Positions 41,006-49,825 of a stretch of 64,000 bases of DNA are shown here, piece by piece. The notes under the pieces are model-generated. The model saw only the letters and a list, made by a program, of their open reading frames with translations. It made no database searches and had not been told where the DNA came from. Every line of letters begins with the position of its first letter. Position 1 is the stretch's first letter. The DNA comes from an uncultured Candidatus Saccharibacteria bacterium (GTDB lineage Bacteria > Patescibacteriota > Saccharimonadia > Saccharimonadales > CAYLGV01), in NCBI GenBank assembly GCA_964394925.1, contig CAYMZG010000001.1:3656-67655 (forward strand). The letters are read 5' to 3'. Position numbers and translations under genes: made by a program.

Positions 41006-42007
41006 ATGGCAAAGGAACCGTCCGAAACACTTATTACTGAGGCACCGCTCACGACTGACGCCCGTGAGGCATTGCTGCGCGAGCAATTTAGCGCTGACTT
41101 TCCTCACGACGGCAAACTCCTAGTGCCTGACGACACATTCTATACAATCGCCAATCCAATCAAGCAAGCCAAGAACATGCAGCAGCAACTCTGTGACTGG
41201 CTTGGCATAGAACCTAAGCGCATTGGTCTGGTTTTCGAAGGTCAGCGACTTGACCCAAACGACAGCTCACATTATCGAATCTTTGTCGAAAAAGAGGCCA
41301 TGCATAACGAGTTTGTGCTCGGCGCAAGCCTGGCGCACGCCTTAGTTCGTTACCTCATTGAAGATCGTAAACAAATCAGGCTAGCAGCTCGTGATCAACA
41401 GGATGCCCTGATTGCTACTGCCAGCATATTATTTGGACTGGGGCTTGTTATTAGTAATGGGCTACTACCTCGTTACCCATGGCTTGAGGCGGTTGGTATT
41501 CATAAAAGAGTCGGTCATCAGCTGCTCGGGCATGTTCAGCCTGGTCAATTTCATCAGCAGTTACGGGCTTATCTTAAACGCTACCGAATAACAGAGGTCC
41601 ATTACGCTGGCTGCTGCACGCCCTGGACAGCCCAGCGCATTGGCATAAGACTTCCCGAGAAACAATCTCATGCCGTCCACGTAGCAAAGCACAACGTGCA
41701 TATTACGCGGCTAAAACTATTTGGTACAGCCTGGCTCATGGTCATGATCGCTGGCCTCACATCTGTCGTGATCTTCCATCGAGCCATGCCGGTTGATCGC
41801 CGCGTACAAGCCGCTCAAGACCGTGCAAACTTCCTAAAACAACTCGCCCAAACTTGCCACGATAAAGTCAGTTACAACAAACAATACACCGACACCTCTG
41901 ATGTCATGGGCCAGCAGTCACTAGATGCTCAACTTGCTCGGTGCACAAGCCTCGACAACGAGTATCGAAGCGCGCAGGCTGATTATGACAGCCTGCTAAC
42001 AAACTAA
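41006..42007 (+). CDS. hypothetical protein with one C-proximal TM
   Basis: 333-aa ORF with TM LFGTAWLMVMIAGLTSVVIF. No family recognised. Confidence 0.5.
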   Translation: MAKEPSETLITEAPLTTDAREALLREQFSADFPHDGKLLVPDDTFYTIANPIKQAKNMQQQLCDWLGIEPKRIGLVFEGQRLDPNDSSHYRIFVEKEAMHNEFVLGASLAHALVRYLIEDRKQIRLAARDQQDALIATASILFGLGLVISNGLLPRYPWLEAVGIHKRVGHQLLGHVQPGQFHQQLRAYLKRYRITEVHYAGCCTPWTAQRIGIRLPEKQSHAVHVAKHNVHITRLKLFGTAWLMVMIAGLTSVVIFHRAMPVDRRVQAAQDRANFLKQLAQTCHDKVSYNKQYTDTSDVMGQQSLDAQLARCTSLDNEYRSAQADYDSLLTN

Positions 42008-42025
42008 GTGGAGTATACTGGCTAT

Positions 42026-42166
42026 ATGCGCGCGAAAACAGAAAAGTTATGGCATGTTGAATGTGCGGTTATTGTTGCCATTATCATGCTCATGGGCTTA
42101 CAGGCTTTTGTATCGCTTGCCACGATTGGTCTGGTAGCTGCCCGTGCAATTAATATCCTCTGGTAG
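42026..42166 (+). CDS. possible 46-aa membrane micro-protein upstream of cyoE
   Basis: Own translation: MRAKTEKLWHVECAVIVAIIMLMGLQAFVSLATIGLVAARAINILW*. Below the size cutoff of the ORF track. No other support. Confidence 0.25.
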   Translation: MRAKTEKLWHVECAVIVAIIMLMGLQAFVSLATIGLVAARAINILW

Positions 42167-42197
42167 GCCATTCATAGACTATGGAGTCCCTAAAACA

Positions 42198-43052
42198 ATG
42201 CTAAAAAATTACTACCGACTCACCAAGCCCGGAATCATCTATGGCAATGCCATACACACCCTGGCGGGCTACATGCTGGCCTGCCGCGGTCACATTGTTC
42301 TCACCAGCTTACTCTCGGTGATGATTGGCGGGTCGCTGATTATTGCAAGTGGATGTGTCGTTAATAACTACCTTGACAGAAAGATTGACAAAAAGATGAC
42401 GCGCACACGAGAGCGTGCGTTGGTCGTCGGTACTATTCCGGCGCGTTCGGCACTTACTTTTGCAGCCATACTTGGTGTGCTGGGTACGGCCATACTAGCA
42501 ATAGGAACCAATCAAACGACCGTTGTTGTCGGCTTGGTTGGCCTAGTGTCATACGTCATTATTTATGGTTGGGCCAAGCGGAATACCGTGTATGGCACCC
42601 TCGTTGGAACCATTTCGGGGGCCATGCCACCCGTAGCTGGCTATACCGCCGTGACTGGTAAATTCGACTTTGGTGCGTGCTTACTATTCTTGATACTGGT
42701 TTGCTGGCAAATCCCTCACTTTTACGCCGTTGCCATCTATCGGCTTAAGGAATATAAACGTGCCGGCATCCCAGTCTGGCCCGCCGTTAAGGGCATTACG
42801 AGTACCAAAATCCAAATTGCCATCTTTACCTTCTTGTATGCAGTCATGTGCACTATGCTTATGGTTTTTGGTTTCACGGGTTATTTGTATTTTGTAGCAA
42901 TGGGGATCTTGAGTTTGATCTGGTTCTACAAGGCTATGCAAGGCTTTGGCCGGCGCGACAATGGCGCTTGGGCACGCGGGATCTTCGGATTTTCGCTGGT
43001 GCTGTCATTAGCAATGCTCGTACTGTTCACGCTTGGCCCGCTTTTACCATAA
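42198..43052 (+). CDS. cyoE: protoheme IX farnesyltransferase (heme O synthase)
   Basis: ATG at 42198 (MLKNYYRLTKPGIIYGN...) and NNYLDRKIDKKMTRTRERAL UbiA-type motif. The track ORF starts further upstream at GTG 42144. Confidence 0.85.
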   Translation: MLKNYYRLTKPGIIYGNAIHTLAGYMLACRGHIVLTSLLSVMIGGSLIIASGCVVNNYLDRKIDKKMTRTRERALVVGTIPARSALTFAAILGVLGTAILAIGTNQTTVVVGLVGLVSYVIIYGWAKRNTVYGTLVGTISGAMPPVAGYTAVTGKFDFGACLLFLILVCWQIPHFYAVAIYRLKEYKRAGIPVWPAVKGITSTKIQIAIFTFLYAVMCTMLMVFGFTGYLYFVAMGILSLIWFYKAMQGFGRRDNGAWARGIFGFSLVLSLAMLVLFTLGPLLP

Positions 43053-43069
43053 GTGCTATACTGGCTCAC

Positions 43070-43324
43070 ATGCTTATACTACACATTTCAATTGCACTAT
43101 TCGGCCTTGTTTGGACGGCCGTAACCTGGCTTAAGCCGTCACAGACCAAAGTCCAAGCCGCCTATGGTTTAACCGCGGTAACGCTAATTAGTGGCACCTA
43201 TCTGGTGGTCACTACCCACCAGGCACTTATGCACGCCTGTCTCAGTGGCTTATTGTATCTTGGCGTCAGTCTCTGTGGCATTATTGCCGGGCAGCATAAG
43301 CTCGCTCAACAAACAACGAAATAA
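43070..43324 (+). CDS. hypothetical 84-aa 3-TM membrane protein downstream of cyoE
   Basis: In-frame ATG at 43070 within track ORF 42848..43324 (MLILHISIALFGLVWTAVTWL...). The upstream part of that ORF overlaps cyoE and is discounted. Confidence 0.4.
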   Translation: MLILHISIALFGLVWTAVTWLKPSQTKVQAAYGLTAVTLISGTYLVVTTHQALMHACLSGLLYLGVSLCGIIAGQHKLAQQTTK

Positions 43325-43331
43325 TACGACG

Positions 43332-45005
43332 CTAGAAGTGCTCGCGAAGATGCTTCATGGAATATTCCCATGAGGCATCTGTTTTCTTGTGCGGGTTAAA
43401 AATGTTCTGGGGATCAAACAGCTGTTTTACTTGCTTGAAATAGTCCATAATTTCTGGTGAGTACATCTGGTGTAGCCACGGTCCACGCGTCATGCCGTCA
43501 TTATGCTCACCGCTCAGCGAACCCTTATAACTCAATACTAATTCGTTGACCTCTTTCATACATGGTGTAAGTTTATCGCGCTCCGATTGTTCTTCAATCT
43601 TCATAAGCGGGATAACGTGAAAGTTACCATCACCCATGTGGCCCGCCACCGTAGCAAGCATCTTGTACTTGTTTACAATAGCACGCAACTCAGGCAGGAA
43701 CTGTGGTAGGTGTTCGGGTGGCACGACTAGGTCATCAATGAACGGAGCAGTGTGCTTGTCGTGGACTCTTTTGCGAAGTAGGTTGAAGCTTTCCCGTCGC
43801 ATGATCCAAAACTTGCGTGCCTTAGCCTCTGTCTCATCTTCTTCAAACAGTGCTTCGTGACCAAACGGCCGTAAAGCCTCACGCATTGCATGTACTTTCT
43901 GGGCAACAGCTTCTGGTGTTTCACCGTTGAACTCAACAAGTAGCACCATTTTTGGTATGCCGCGCGCTAGTTTAAATAGTTCGGGCAGCAGTTGGAGTCC
44001 GAGCTTAATCATGCCAAACCAGCCGAGATTCTGGTGGAAATAATAGAACAGCTTAAAGCTGAGCATTAGGGTATAATTGTCAAAGCCCTCAAAGGTGGCC
44101 GGGTTAAACTCTAGTACTTTATTAATAAGATCGCCGAGATCATCGGTGTGGCGCAGAAAAACCACCAACGTACCTGAGTGCTGTGGTGCTGGTACCAGGC
44201 GGAATTTGATATCAGTAACAATACCGAGCGTACCCTGCGAACCAATGATAAGTTGATTGAGATCAAAAATGTCTTTTTCGCGATCCCAAACGTTCCACAA
44301 GTGATACCCTGTTGAGTCTTTGCTCACATGCGGCTGAGCGGCCTTAATTTCGTCGTAATGTGTATCGACAAGCTCAAACACCTCTCGGTAAAGCTTACCT
44401 TCGAAATCATCCTGATCCATTTTGGCCTGGAGTTGTTTGCGATTGAGGGGCTTAACGGTGTATTCTTTGCCGTCGGCAAAAATAACTTTCAGCTCCGTTA
44501 CAAATCGTTCTGTCTTGCCAAACTGCAAAGACTTCTCGCCACCAGAATTGTTAGCTACCATGCCGCCGACCGTACACAGATCGCGCGAAGCAGGATACGG
44601 CGGTAGTAACGCACCGTGCTTCAGTGTTTCGGGCTCAAAATCTCTATAGTGTAGGCCTGGCTGTACATGGGCGCTCTCTGAATCAACCGCAAGAACCTTG
44701 TTCATATGCGCAGCCATATCAATGATGATCGAATCATTAATTGCCCCACCCGTCATATCAGTACCAGCACTCCGCGCCGTTAGGGACAACGATCCATTGC
44801 TAGCCTTATGTTCTTTGACATATGTAACGACAGCTTGAATATCCTTGCTGGTTTTAGGCGCAACCACTGCCTGTGGCATCAGCTCAAACATACTAGCATC
44901 GTGACTAAATAACTCACGCGTAGGTGTTGAAACATCGATGTCACCACTAAATTTTGCTTGCTTCAGGCTGGCTTGCAGGTCTTCCATACCGCTTAAGGGT
45001 ACCAT
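43332..45005 (-). CDS. FAD-linked oxidase / dehydrogenase (GlcD / D-lactate dehydrogenase-like)
   Basis: FAD_binding_4-type segment (LTARSAGTDMTGGAINDSIIIDM) and C-terminal FAD-oxidase_C-like part (GEHNDGMTRGPW). Start taken at 45005 (or 44987), because the track start 45086 overlaps the divergent ndh. Confidence 0.8.
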   Translation of the reverse strand: MVPLSGMEDLQASLKQAKFSGDIDVSTPTRELFSHDASMFELMPQAVVAPKTSKDIQAVVTYVKEHKASNGSLSLTARSAGTDMTGGAINDSIIIDMAAHMNKVLAVDSESAHVQPGLHYRDFEPETLKHGALLPPYPASRDLCTVGGMVANNSGGEKSLQFGKTERFVTELKVIFADGKEYTVKPLNRKQLQAKMDQDDFEGKLYREVFELVDTHYDEIKAAQPHVSKDSTGYHLWNVWDREKDIFDLNQLIIGSQGTLGIVTDIKFRLVPAPQHSGTLVVFLRHTDDLGDLINKVLEFNPATFEGFDNYTLMLSFKLFYYFHQNLGWFGMIKLGLQLLPELFKLARGIPKMVLLVEFNGETPEAVAQKVHAMREALRPFGHEALFEEDETEAKARKFWIMRRESFNLLRKRVHDKHTAPFIDDLVVPPEHLPQFLPELRAIVNKYKMLATVAGHMGDGNFHVIPLMKIEEQSERDKLTPCMKEVNELVLSYKGSLSGEHNDGMTRGPWLHQMYSPEIMDYFKQVKQLFDPQNIFNPHKKTDASWEYSMKHLREHF

Positions 45006-45074
45006 TAGCAGTAAATCATAAGCAATATGGTAAAATCTAAACAGTATTAAATAACTCAAGATAACAGATAGAGC

Positions 45075-46268
45075 ATGGCAAAACATCGGGTGGTAATCGT
45101 TGGCGGTGGCTTTGGCGGCGTAAAGACTGCCCTGGAACTATCGGACGACGCACGGTTTCATATAACCCTCATAACTGATCAGACCGACTTTCGCTACTTT
45201 CCAACACTGTATCGAACGGCAACTGGCGGCAGCAAGCGTATCTCATCAATCCCATTGAGTGAGATCTTTGCCGGTAAGCGAGTACATTTACTACATGACG
45301 CAGTAACTGGCATCGACCGCCAGGCTCGCACCGTTACCACCAAGATTGGTCACACTGTAGGCTATGAAGCACTAGTGATTGGTTTGGGCGTTCGTACAAA
45401 TTATTTTCATATCGAAGGTTTGCCTGAACTGTCGTACGGCATTAAAACCATCGATGACGCCGTTGCGCTCAAGTCACATCTGCATGAACAGTTAGTAGCC
45501 GATCACCGACCGGACCTGAATTATGTAGTAATTGGTGGCGGGCCGACTGGTATTGAGCTCGCTGGCGAGTTGCCAGCTTACCTGAAATACATCGCCAAAC
45601 AGCACGGCATGGCGCGCCGGGCGATCCACGTAGACCTTATCGAGGCAGCACCACGTTTATTGCCTCGTCTACCAAAAGACCTCTCTAGACGAATTGCTCG
45701 ACGCCTGCGCAAACTTGGCGTTAAGCTGTACCTTGGCACTACCGTTCAAGCCCAGACAGCCGATGCGCTGATGGTAGGCGGTAAACCAATCCGCAGCCAT
45801 ACCGTGATATGGACCGCAGGTGTTGCTAACCATCCCTTCTTTGCAGAGCACGATTTTCAGCTCGCCAAGAATGGCAAAGTACGTGTTGATCAATATTTGC
45901 AGTCAGAAACTGGCGTATACGTCATTGGTGATAACGCCGACACGCCGTTTAGCGGCATGGCTCAAACTGCACTACACGATGGACGCTTTGTGGCTCAAAA
46001 CCTCAAGCGTCTGGCGAGCAAGCAGGATGCTAAGCCCTACGTTGCCAAGAAACCGGTGTATGTTTTTCCAGCTGGGCCACATTGGGCAGCCGTTTTATGG
46101 GGTCGTGTTCGTTTATACGGACGCTTAGGCTGGATTATGCGATCTTTAGCTGATCTTATTGCCTACCATGACTACGAGCCATGGCAACTTGCTTCAAAGC
46201 TTTGGGTAGCAGCGGGTGATAGTGAAGAAACCTGCCCAATCTGTAATCAACCTCGGCCGAGCGCCTAG
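45075..46268 (+). CDS. ndh: type II NADH dehydrogenase (NDH-2) / pyridine nucleotide-disulfide oxidoreductase
   Basis: Two Rossmann motifs, VVIVGGGFGGVKTA and VVIGGGPTGIELAGEL. Overall NDH-2 layout, 397 aa. Confidence 0.8.
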   Translation: MAKHRVVIVGGGFGGVKTALELSDDARFHITLITDQTDFRYFPTLYRTATGGSKRISSIPLSEIFAGKRVHLLHDAVTGIDRQARTVTTKIGHTVGYEALVIGLGVRTNYFHIEGLPELSYGIKTIDDAVALKSHLHEQLVADHRPDLNYVVIGGGPTGIELAGELPAYLKYIAKQHGMARRAIHVDLIEAAPRLLPRLPKDLSRRIARRLRKLGVKLYLGTTVQAQTADALMVGGKPIRSHTVIWTAGVANHPFFAEHDFQLAKNGKVRVDQYLQSETGVYVIGDNADTPFSGMAQTALHDGRFVAQNLKRLASKQDAKPYVAKKPVYVFPAGPHWAAVLWGRVRLYGRLGWIMRSLADLIAYHDYEPWQLASKLWVAAGDSEETCPICNQPRPSA

Positions 46269-46579
46269 CCTTCGCGTGGGCTCGTTCGAGGCCAAACAAT
46301 TACCGCTTTAATGAGGTTTTTTGGTAGCCATCCAAAATGACGACTATCCGTACTGGCCAGCGGATGATCGCCAAGCACGAAAACTTTATCGTCTTCTATC
46401 TTTTCTACCCGCTTAATCTTTTCAATGCCATCATGTTCGAGCACAACCACTTGTCCAGGTTTTATTCTCTGAAAATATGACCAACCAAACACCAGTGTCC
46501 GTGGTGGCAGAATCGGCATCATACTGTGCCCGGTAACGCGCCGTAACAAGAGTGGTCGTAACTGTTTTGCTTTTCTCAC
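46265..46579 (-). CDS. sodX: S26-type peptidase, likely Ni-SOD maturation protease
   Basis: GHSMMPILPP (GDSMxP-like Ser) and VLGDHPLASTDSRHFGWLP. Lies immediately downstream of sodN. Confidence 0.65.
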   Translation of the reverse strand: MRKAKQLRPLLLRRVTGHSMMPILPPRTLVFGWSYFQRIKPGQVVVLEHDGIEKIKRVEKIEDDKVFVLGDHPLASTDSRHFGWLPKNLIKAVIVWPRTSPREG

Positions 46580-46661
46580 TAATACACTTCCCTCATATAC
46601 AATATAGACCCTTAGTTATGTGGTCTGTTAGATAAACCACTAACGTCTCGTGAGTAGCGCC

Positions 46662-47039
46662 CTAGGCCTTCTTGGTTGCCCAAAAGATGTCGGCAATCTC
46701 ATCAATCATAGCTAACAGCTTTTTGCCCTCTTCGGGCTCACTGTGATGTTTGCACTCACCAGCCTGTTTAGTGGCTTTCCAGAACTTATCGTGCAAATCT
46801 GGATACTTCTGTAGGTGCTCAGGCTTAAAGTAGTCGGTCCAAAGTACCCACAGGTGATGCTTCACTAACTCAGCACGTTGTTCTTTAATAATCAGGGCGC
46901 GCATTTTACCCTCGTCATCAAATGACTGATATTTCTCCTGAATAGCAAGCACACTTTGCGCCTCAATCCGTGCCTGTGCCGGGTCATAGACTCCACAAGG
47001 CAGGTCACAATGTGCATAAACTGGTTTAATCAAACTCAT
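46662..47039 (-). CDS. sodN: nickel-containing superoxide dismutase precursor
   Basis: MSLIKPVYA propeptide followed by the Ni-hook HCDLPCGVYDPAQARIEA. The rest (IKEQRAELVKHHLWVLWTDYFKP...IFWATKKA) tracks Streptomyces SodN closely. Confidence 0.9.
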   Translation of the reverse strand: MSLIKPVYAHCDLPCGVYDPAQARIEAQSVLAIQEKYQSFDDEGKMRALIIKEQRAELVKHHLWVLWTDYFKPEHLQKYPDLHDKFWKATKQAGECKHHSEPEEGKKLLAMIDEIADIFWATKKA

Positions 47040-47069
47040 GGTCCCTCGTTACTAGTATTTACAAGTTTA

Positions 47070-47846
47070 TTATAACGCTTGTTGTTCACCTGGGCACATA
47101 GGAAAACTTAGTGCATACGAAAGAAGTGGCGCAGCATCTTCATATAGCTCATATGCGCTGCCCTGGTCAAGAATTGCCATATAGGTGCGAAGGTCAAGTC
47201 TTCGTGCCAATTCCTGTTCATTTAGTCTGAACACAAAACTTTTGGGAACCTCAATTTGTACATCATGCACGTCAGATAAGTAATCTAGACTCGCACCAAT
47301 AGCAAATCTCAGAGTATTAACTAGTGATACTTGATCATCATTTAGTTTCTCTACGCTAGGGCGTAAGTCAGTTTTATGTTCGGTGTCGTAAGCATCTACC
47401 AGCTCCCACAGGCCCTTCTTATCACAAATCCTATCCTGAATTTGTTCCTTTTCTTCTTGGGTAACATCATCTCCGACTATTGGCAATAACTTCCATGCCA
47501 ATATTGATCTTGCCACACCAGCCCCAACGAGTAGCCGCACAATATCAGCCTCCGAAAAATCACTTGTTTCAGCTTCCTCTACGAATTTCTCAGCGAATTC
47601 AAGTATTGATCCCTGCTCAACAATAAGTAACAGTTTTCTTTGCATAAAATCACAGCTCACAACTGGGACTACATCTCCCTTATCTGAGCCTTCACAGTAG
47701 ATTACCTCAACATCCTGTCGAAGACTTTCTGCTTCATCACCTAAGAATTGTAGCGGTAGCTTGTCTAACGCTAATTCGGCATACTCCCTAAACTGGGATT
47801 GAATGAATTTTGCTTCACTGCTAGATGGATCCTGTTCAAAGCTCAT
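47070..47846 (-). CDS. hypothetical acidic cytoplasmic protein, translationally coupled to trmD
   Basis: 258-aa ORF with an ATGA overlap on the trmD stop. Visibly AT-richer than its neighbours. No family recognised. Confidence 0.5.
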   Translation of the reverse strand: MSFEQDPSSSEAKFIQSQFREYAELALDKLPLQFLGDEAESLRQDVEVIYCEGSDKGDVVPVVSCDFMQRKLLLIVEQGSILEFAEKFVEEAETSDFSEADIVRLLVGAGVARSILAWKLLPIVGDDVTQEEKEQIQDRICDKKGLWELVDAYDTEHKTDLRPSVEKLNDDQVSLVNTLRFAIGASLDYLSDVHDVQIEVPKSFVFRLNEQELARRLDLRTYMAILDQGSAYELYEDAAPLLSYALSFPMCPGEQQAL

Positions 47847-48499
47847 TTGCTGCCTTCCTTCCCGTTAGCCTTACGCCACTTCTCAATCTCGGCGTGGTGA
47901 CCGCTTAGCAGCACGTTCGGCACGGCCATGTCACGAAACACTTCAGGCCTCGTATACTGTGGATGCTCGATTGACACATCATCGTCTTGGAATGACTCTT
48001 TCTCCGCCGACGTTTCACCACCAAGCACGCCAGGTAACAAACGTACAATGCTATCGATCATGGTCATTGCAGGCAATTCCCCACCAGTCAAAACGTAATT
48101 TCCTACGCAAAACTGATGATCAACGAGCTGTGTTATGCGCTCGTCGTAACCCTCGTAACGTGGGCAGAAGAAGATCAGGTCTCGTGCTTCGGCGGCAAAT
48201 GCTTTGGCATGTGATTGCTTATAGACAACACCTCGAGGTGTGGGTAGCAGCACTAAAGCATCTGGCGATAGCTTTTTAGCGTGCTCAATCGCTGCCGTGG
48301 CTGGTTCGACCATTAACACCATCCCATCACCACCGCCGTACGGCGTGTCATCAACCTGCTGCCTCGGTCCAAGACCAAAATCACGCAGGTTGATATAGTT
48401 GAACTCAACGGCACCAATCTCCTGCGCTTTCCAAAGCATGCTCGTCTCGAGCACGGGCTTGATCATCTCTGGGAACAGGCTTATCATATGAATCTTCAT
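47843..48499 (-). CDS. trmD: tRNA (guanine37-N1)-methyltransferase
   Basis: MKIHMISLFPEMI..., YGGGDGMVLMVEP, RYEGYDERI, GNYVLTGGELPAM. The 40 codons upstream in the track ORF are not TrmD-like. Confidence 0.9.
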   Translation of the reverse strand: MKIHMISLFPEMIKPVLETSMLWKAQEIGAVEFNYINLRDFGLGPRQQVDDTPYGGGDGMVLMVEPATAAIEHAKKLSPDALVLLPTPRGVVYKQSHAKAFAAEARDLIFFCPRYEGYDERITQLVDHQFCVGNYVLTGGELPAMTMIDSIVRLLPGVLGGETSAEKESFQDDDVSIEHPQYTRPEVFRDMAVPNVLLSGHHAEIEKWRKANGKEGSK

Positions 48500-48611
48500 A
48501 ATTTTATATACTATATCACATTTTGTGCTATTTATGAATGGCCTCCGGGTTGCCTCCGGGCTGTAGATACAAAATAACCCCGTATCACTACAGGGTTCTT
48601 CTGTCACATAA

Positions 48612-48667
48612 GGCTCCAATCCCGAGGGATCGCTCGCATGAGCCTATTTGTTTTTTTGTTTTTTTCG
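48612..48667 (+). terminator. orphan intrinsic-terminator-like element oriented antisense to the rpsP-trmD operon
   Basis: GGCTC (48612-16) pairs with GAGCC (48640-44) around a nested CCC..GGG hairpin, followed by CTATTTGTTTTTTTGTTTTTTT. No plus-strand gene lies upstream. Confidence 0.4.
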
Positions 48668-48769
48668 CTGAATGGTTCCAGCCGAATGGGTATTAATATA
48701 CCGAAGGTGTTGCATTAGTGCAAGCACTACGCGTGCAAACACTAACTTTTACAACACTAGTGTGCTGCT

Positions 48770-49207
48770 TTACACGTCAAGATCATCAAGATCTTCAAGT
48801 TCCGCACGCGTGCGGCTAATGCGGTCACTTGTTGCTTCTTCTTCGCTACTGCCGTTCTCAACACTAGTATCTGTGGTATCGTCGGCGGCTTCTGATGATG
48901 CTGCGTCATCATCAGTCGCATCACTTGCTGGACTTGAGCTTCTTGGAATTGGCGCTTCGCCGTTATCGACGATCTTTAGGTTGTAACGTGCGTCATTCTT
49001 GGTGCCAAGTGCCCGCAGCAACGTACGCAAGCTCTGTGCGGTTGCACCACGCTTGCCAATCACACGCCCCAGATCCTCTGGGTCAACGGTCAACTCAAGC
49101 AAGACGCCCTTTTCATCAATAGTCCGCTCTACTTCAACGGCATCTGGATTATTTACAAGTGATTTTACGACGAATTCGATAAATTGTTGGTCAATACTGT
49201 TACTCAC
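48770..49207 (-). CDS. KH-domain RNA-binding protein (YlqC/UPF0109-like) with acidic Ser/Asp/Glu-rich C-terminal extension
   Basis: VVKSLVNNPDAVEVERTIDEKGVLLELTVDPEDLGRVIGKRGATAQSLRTLL, plus a ~65-aa acidic tail. Confidence 0.8.
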   Translation of the reverse strand: MSNSIDQQFIEFVVKSLVNNPDAVEVERTIDEKGVLLELTVDPEDLGRVIGKRGATAQSLRTLLRALGTKNDARYNLKIVDNGEAPIPRSSSPASDATDDDAASSEAADDTTDTSVENGSSEEEATSDRISRTRAELEDLDDLDV

Positions 49208-49294
49208 GTGGTTCTCCTCCGATTAGACTGTTCGCGTATATCTAGTATAGCATCAGCGGTCAACACAACTGTGAAGAATTTCACTATCTCGCCA

Positions 49295-49777
49295 CTATTC
49301 GGCAGGTGTTTCTTCGGCTGGTGCTGACGACTCTTCAGGTGTCTCAGCTGGAGCTTCAGCAGGCGCTACTGCCGCCGTTTCAGCTGCAGGCGCTTCGGTT
49401 GTAGCCTCAGCTACGGTATCCTCAGCAACTTCGGCTTTAGGTTCAACCTCGGCCTCTGGTTCCGCTGGGCGATTCTTGCGCAGCTTGTCGCTGTTACGAA
49501 TGGTTCGTTGTTTTTCAGCAGGTAGCTTCACCCATGAAGGCAGCTTCACGCCCTCACTCTTAAGCAAACGAGTTGCACGATCAGATGGCTGGGCACCATG
49601 ATCAAGATAGAACTGAGCCTTCTCTTTGTCGATTTTGGCTTCTTTAGTATGTGGATTAAAGCTGCCGATCAAAGCAACAACCTTACCACTAGTTGGGGTC
49701 CGACGTGAGTCTTGAACGACGACGCGGAATTGAGCGTGGCCTTTGCGACCAGTACGCTGCATGCGAATGACTAACAT
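49295..49777 (-). CDS. rpsP: 30S ribosomal protein S16 with Ala/Glu/Pro-rich C-terminal extension
   Basis: MLVIRMQRTGRKGHAQFRVVVQDSRRTPTSGKVVALIGSFNPHTKE...YLDHGAQPSD. Confidence 0.9.
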   Translation of the reverse strand: MLVIRMQRTGRKGHAQFRVVVQDSRRTPTSGKVVALIGSFNPHTKEAKIDKEKAQFYLDHGAQPSDRATRLLKSEGVKLPSWVKLPAEKQRTIRNSDKLRKNRPAEPEAEVEPKAEVAEDTVAEATTEAPAAETAAVAPAEAPAETPEESSAPAEETPAE

Positions 49778-49825
49778 TCAGTGTCCTTCCCGTTAAGGTT
49801 CTAATATAACTCGCTTATTTTACAG

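Noticed and set aside
42848-43069. Upstream part of ORF 42848..43324 overlapping the cyoE 3' end
   Set aside because: It is out of frame with, and entirely inside, the well-supported cyoE coding region. Only the portion from the ATG at 43070 is kept as a possible small membrane protein.
45006-45086. N-terminal extension of the FAD-linked oxidase overlapping the ndh start
   Set aside because: The extension (MFCHALSVILSYLILFRFYHIAYDLLL) would overlap the divergent ndh start codon and promoter space. Internal ATGs at 45005 and 44987 give a normal N-terminus.
48500-48619. 40-codon N-terminal extension of trmD given in the ORF track
   Set aside because: The TrmD homology begins at MKIHMISLFPEMI (ATG at 48499). 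The extension is not TrmD-like and lies in a structured spacer.
49295-49540. Ala/Glu/Pro-rich C-terminal tail of S16 (and the acidic tail of the KH protein) as a novelty
   Set aside because: Long low-complexity C-terminal extensions of S16 are already known in Actinobacteria (about 160-aa proteins). They are noted only as a lineage flavour.
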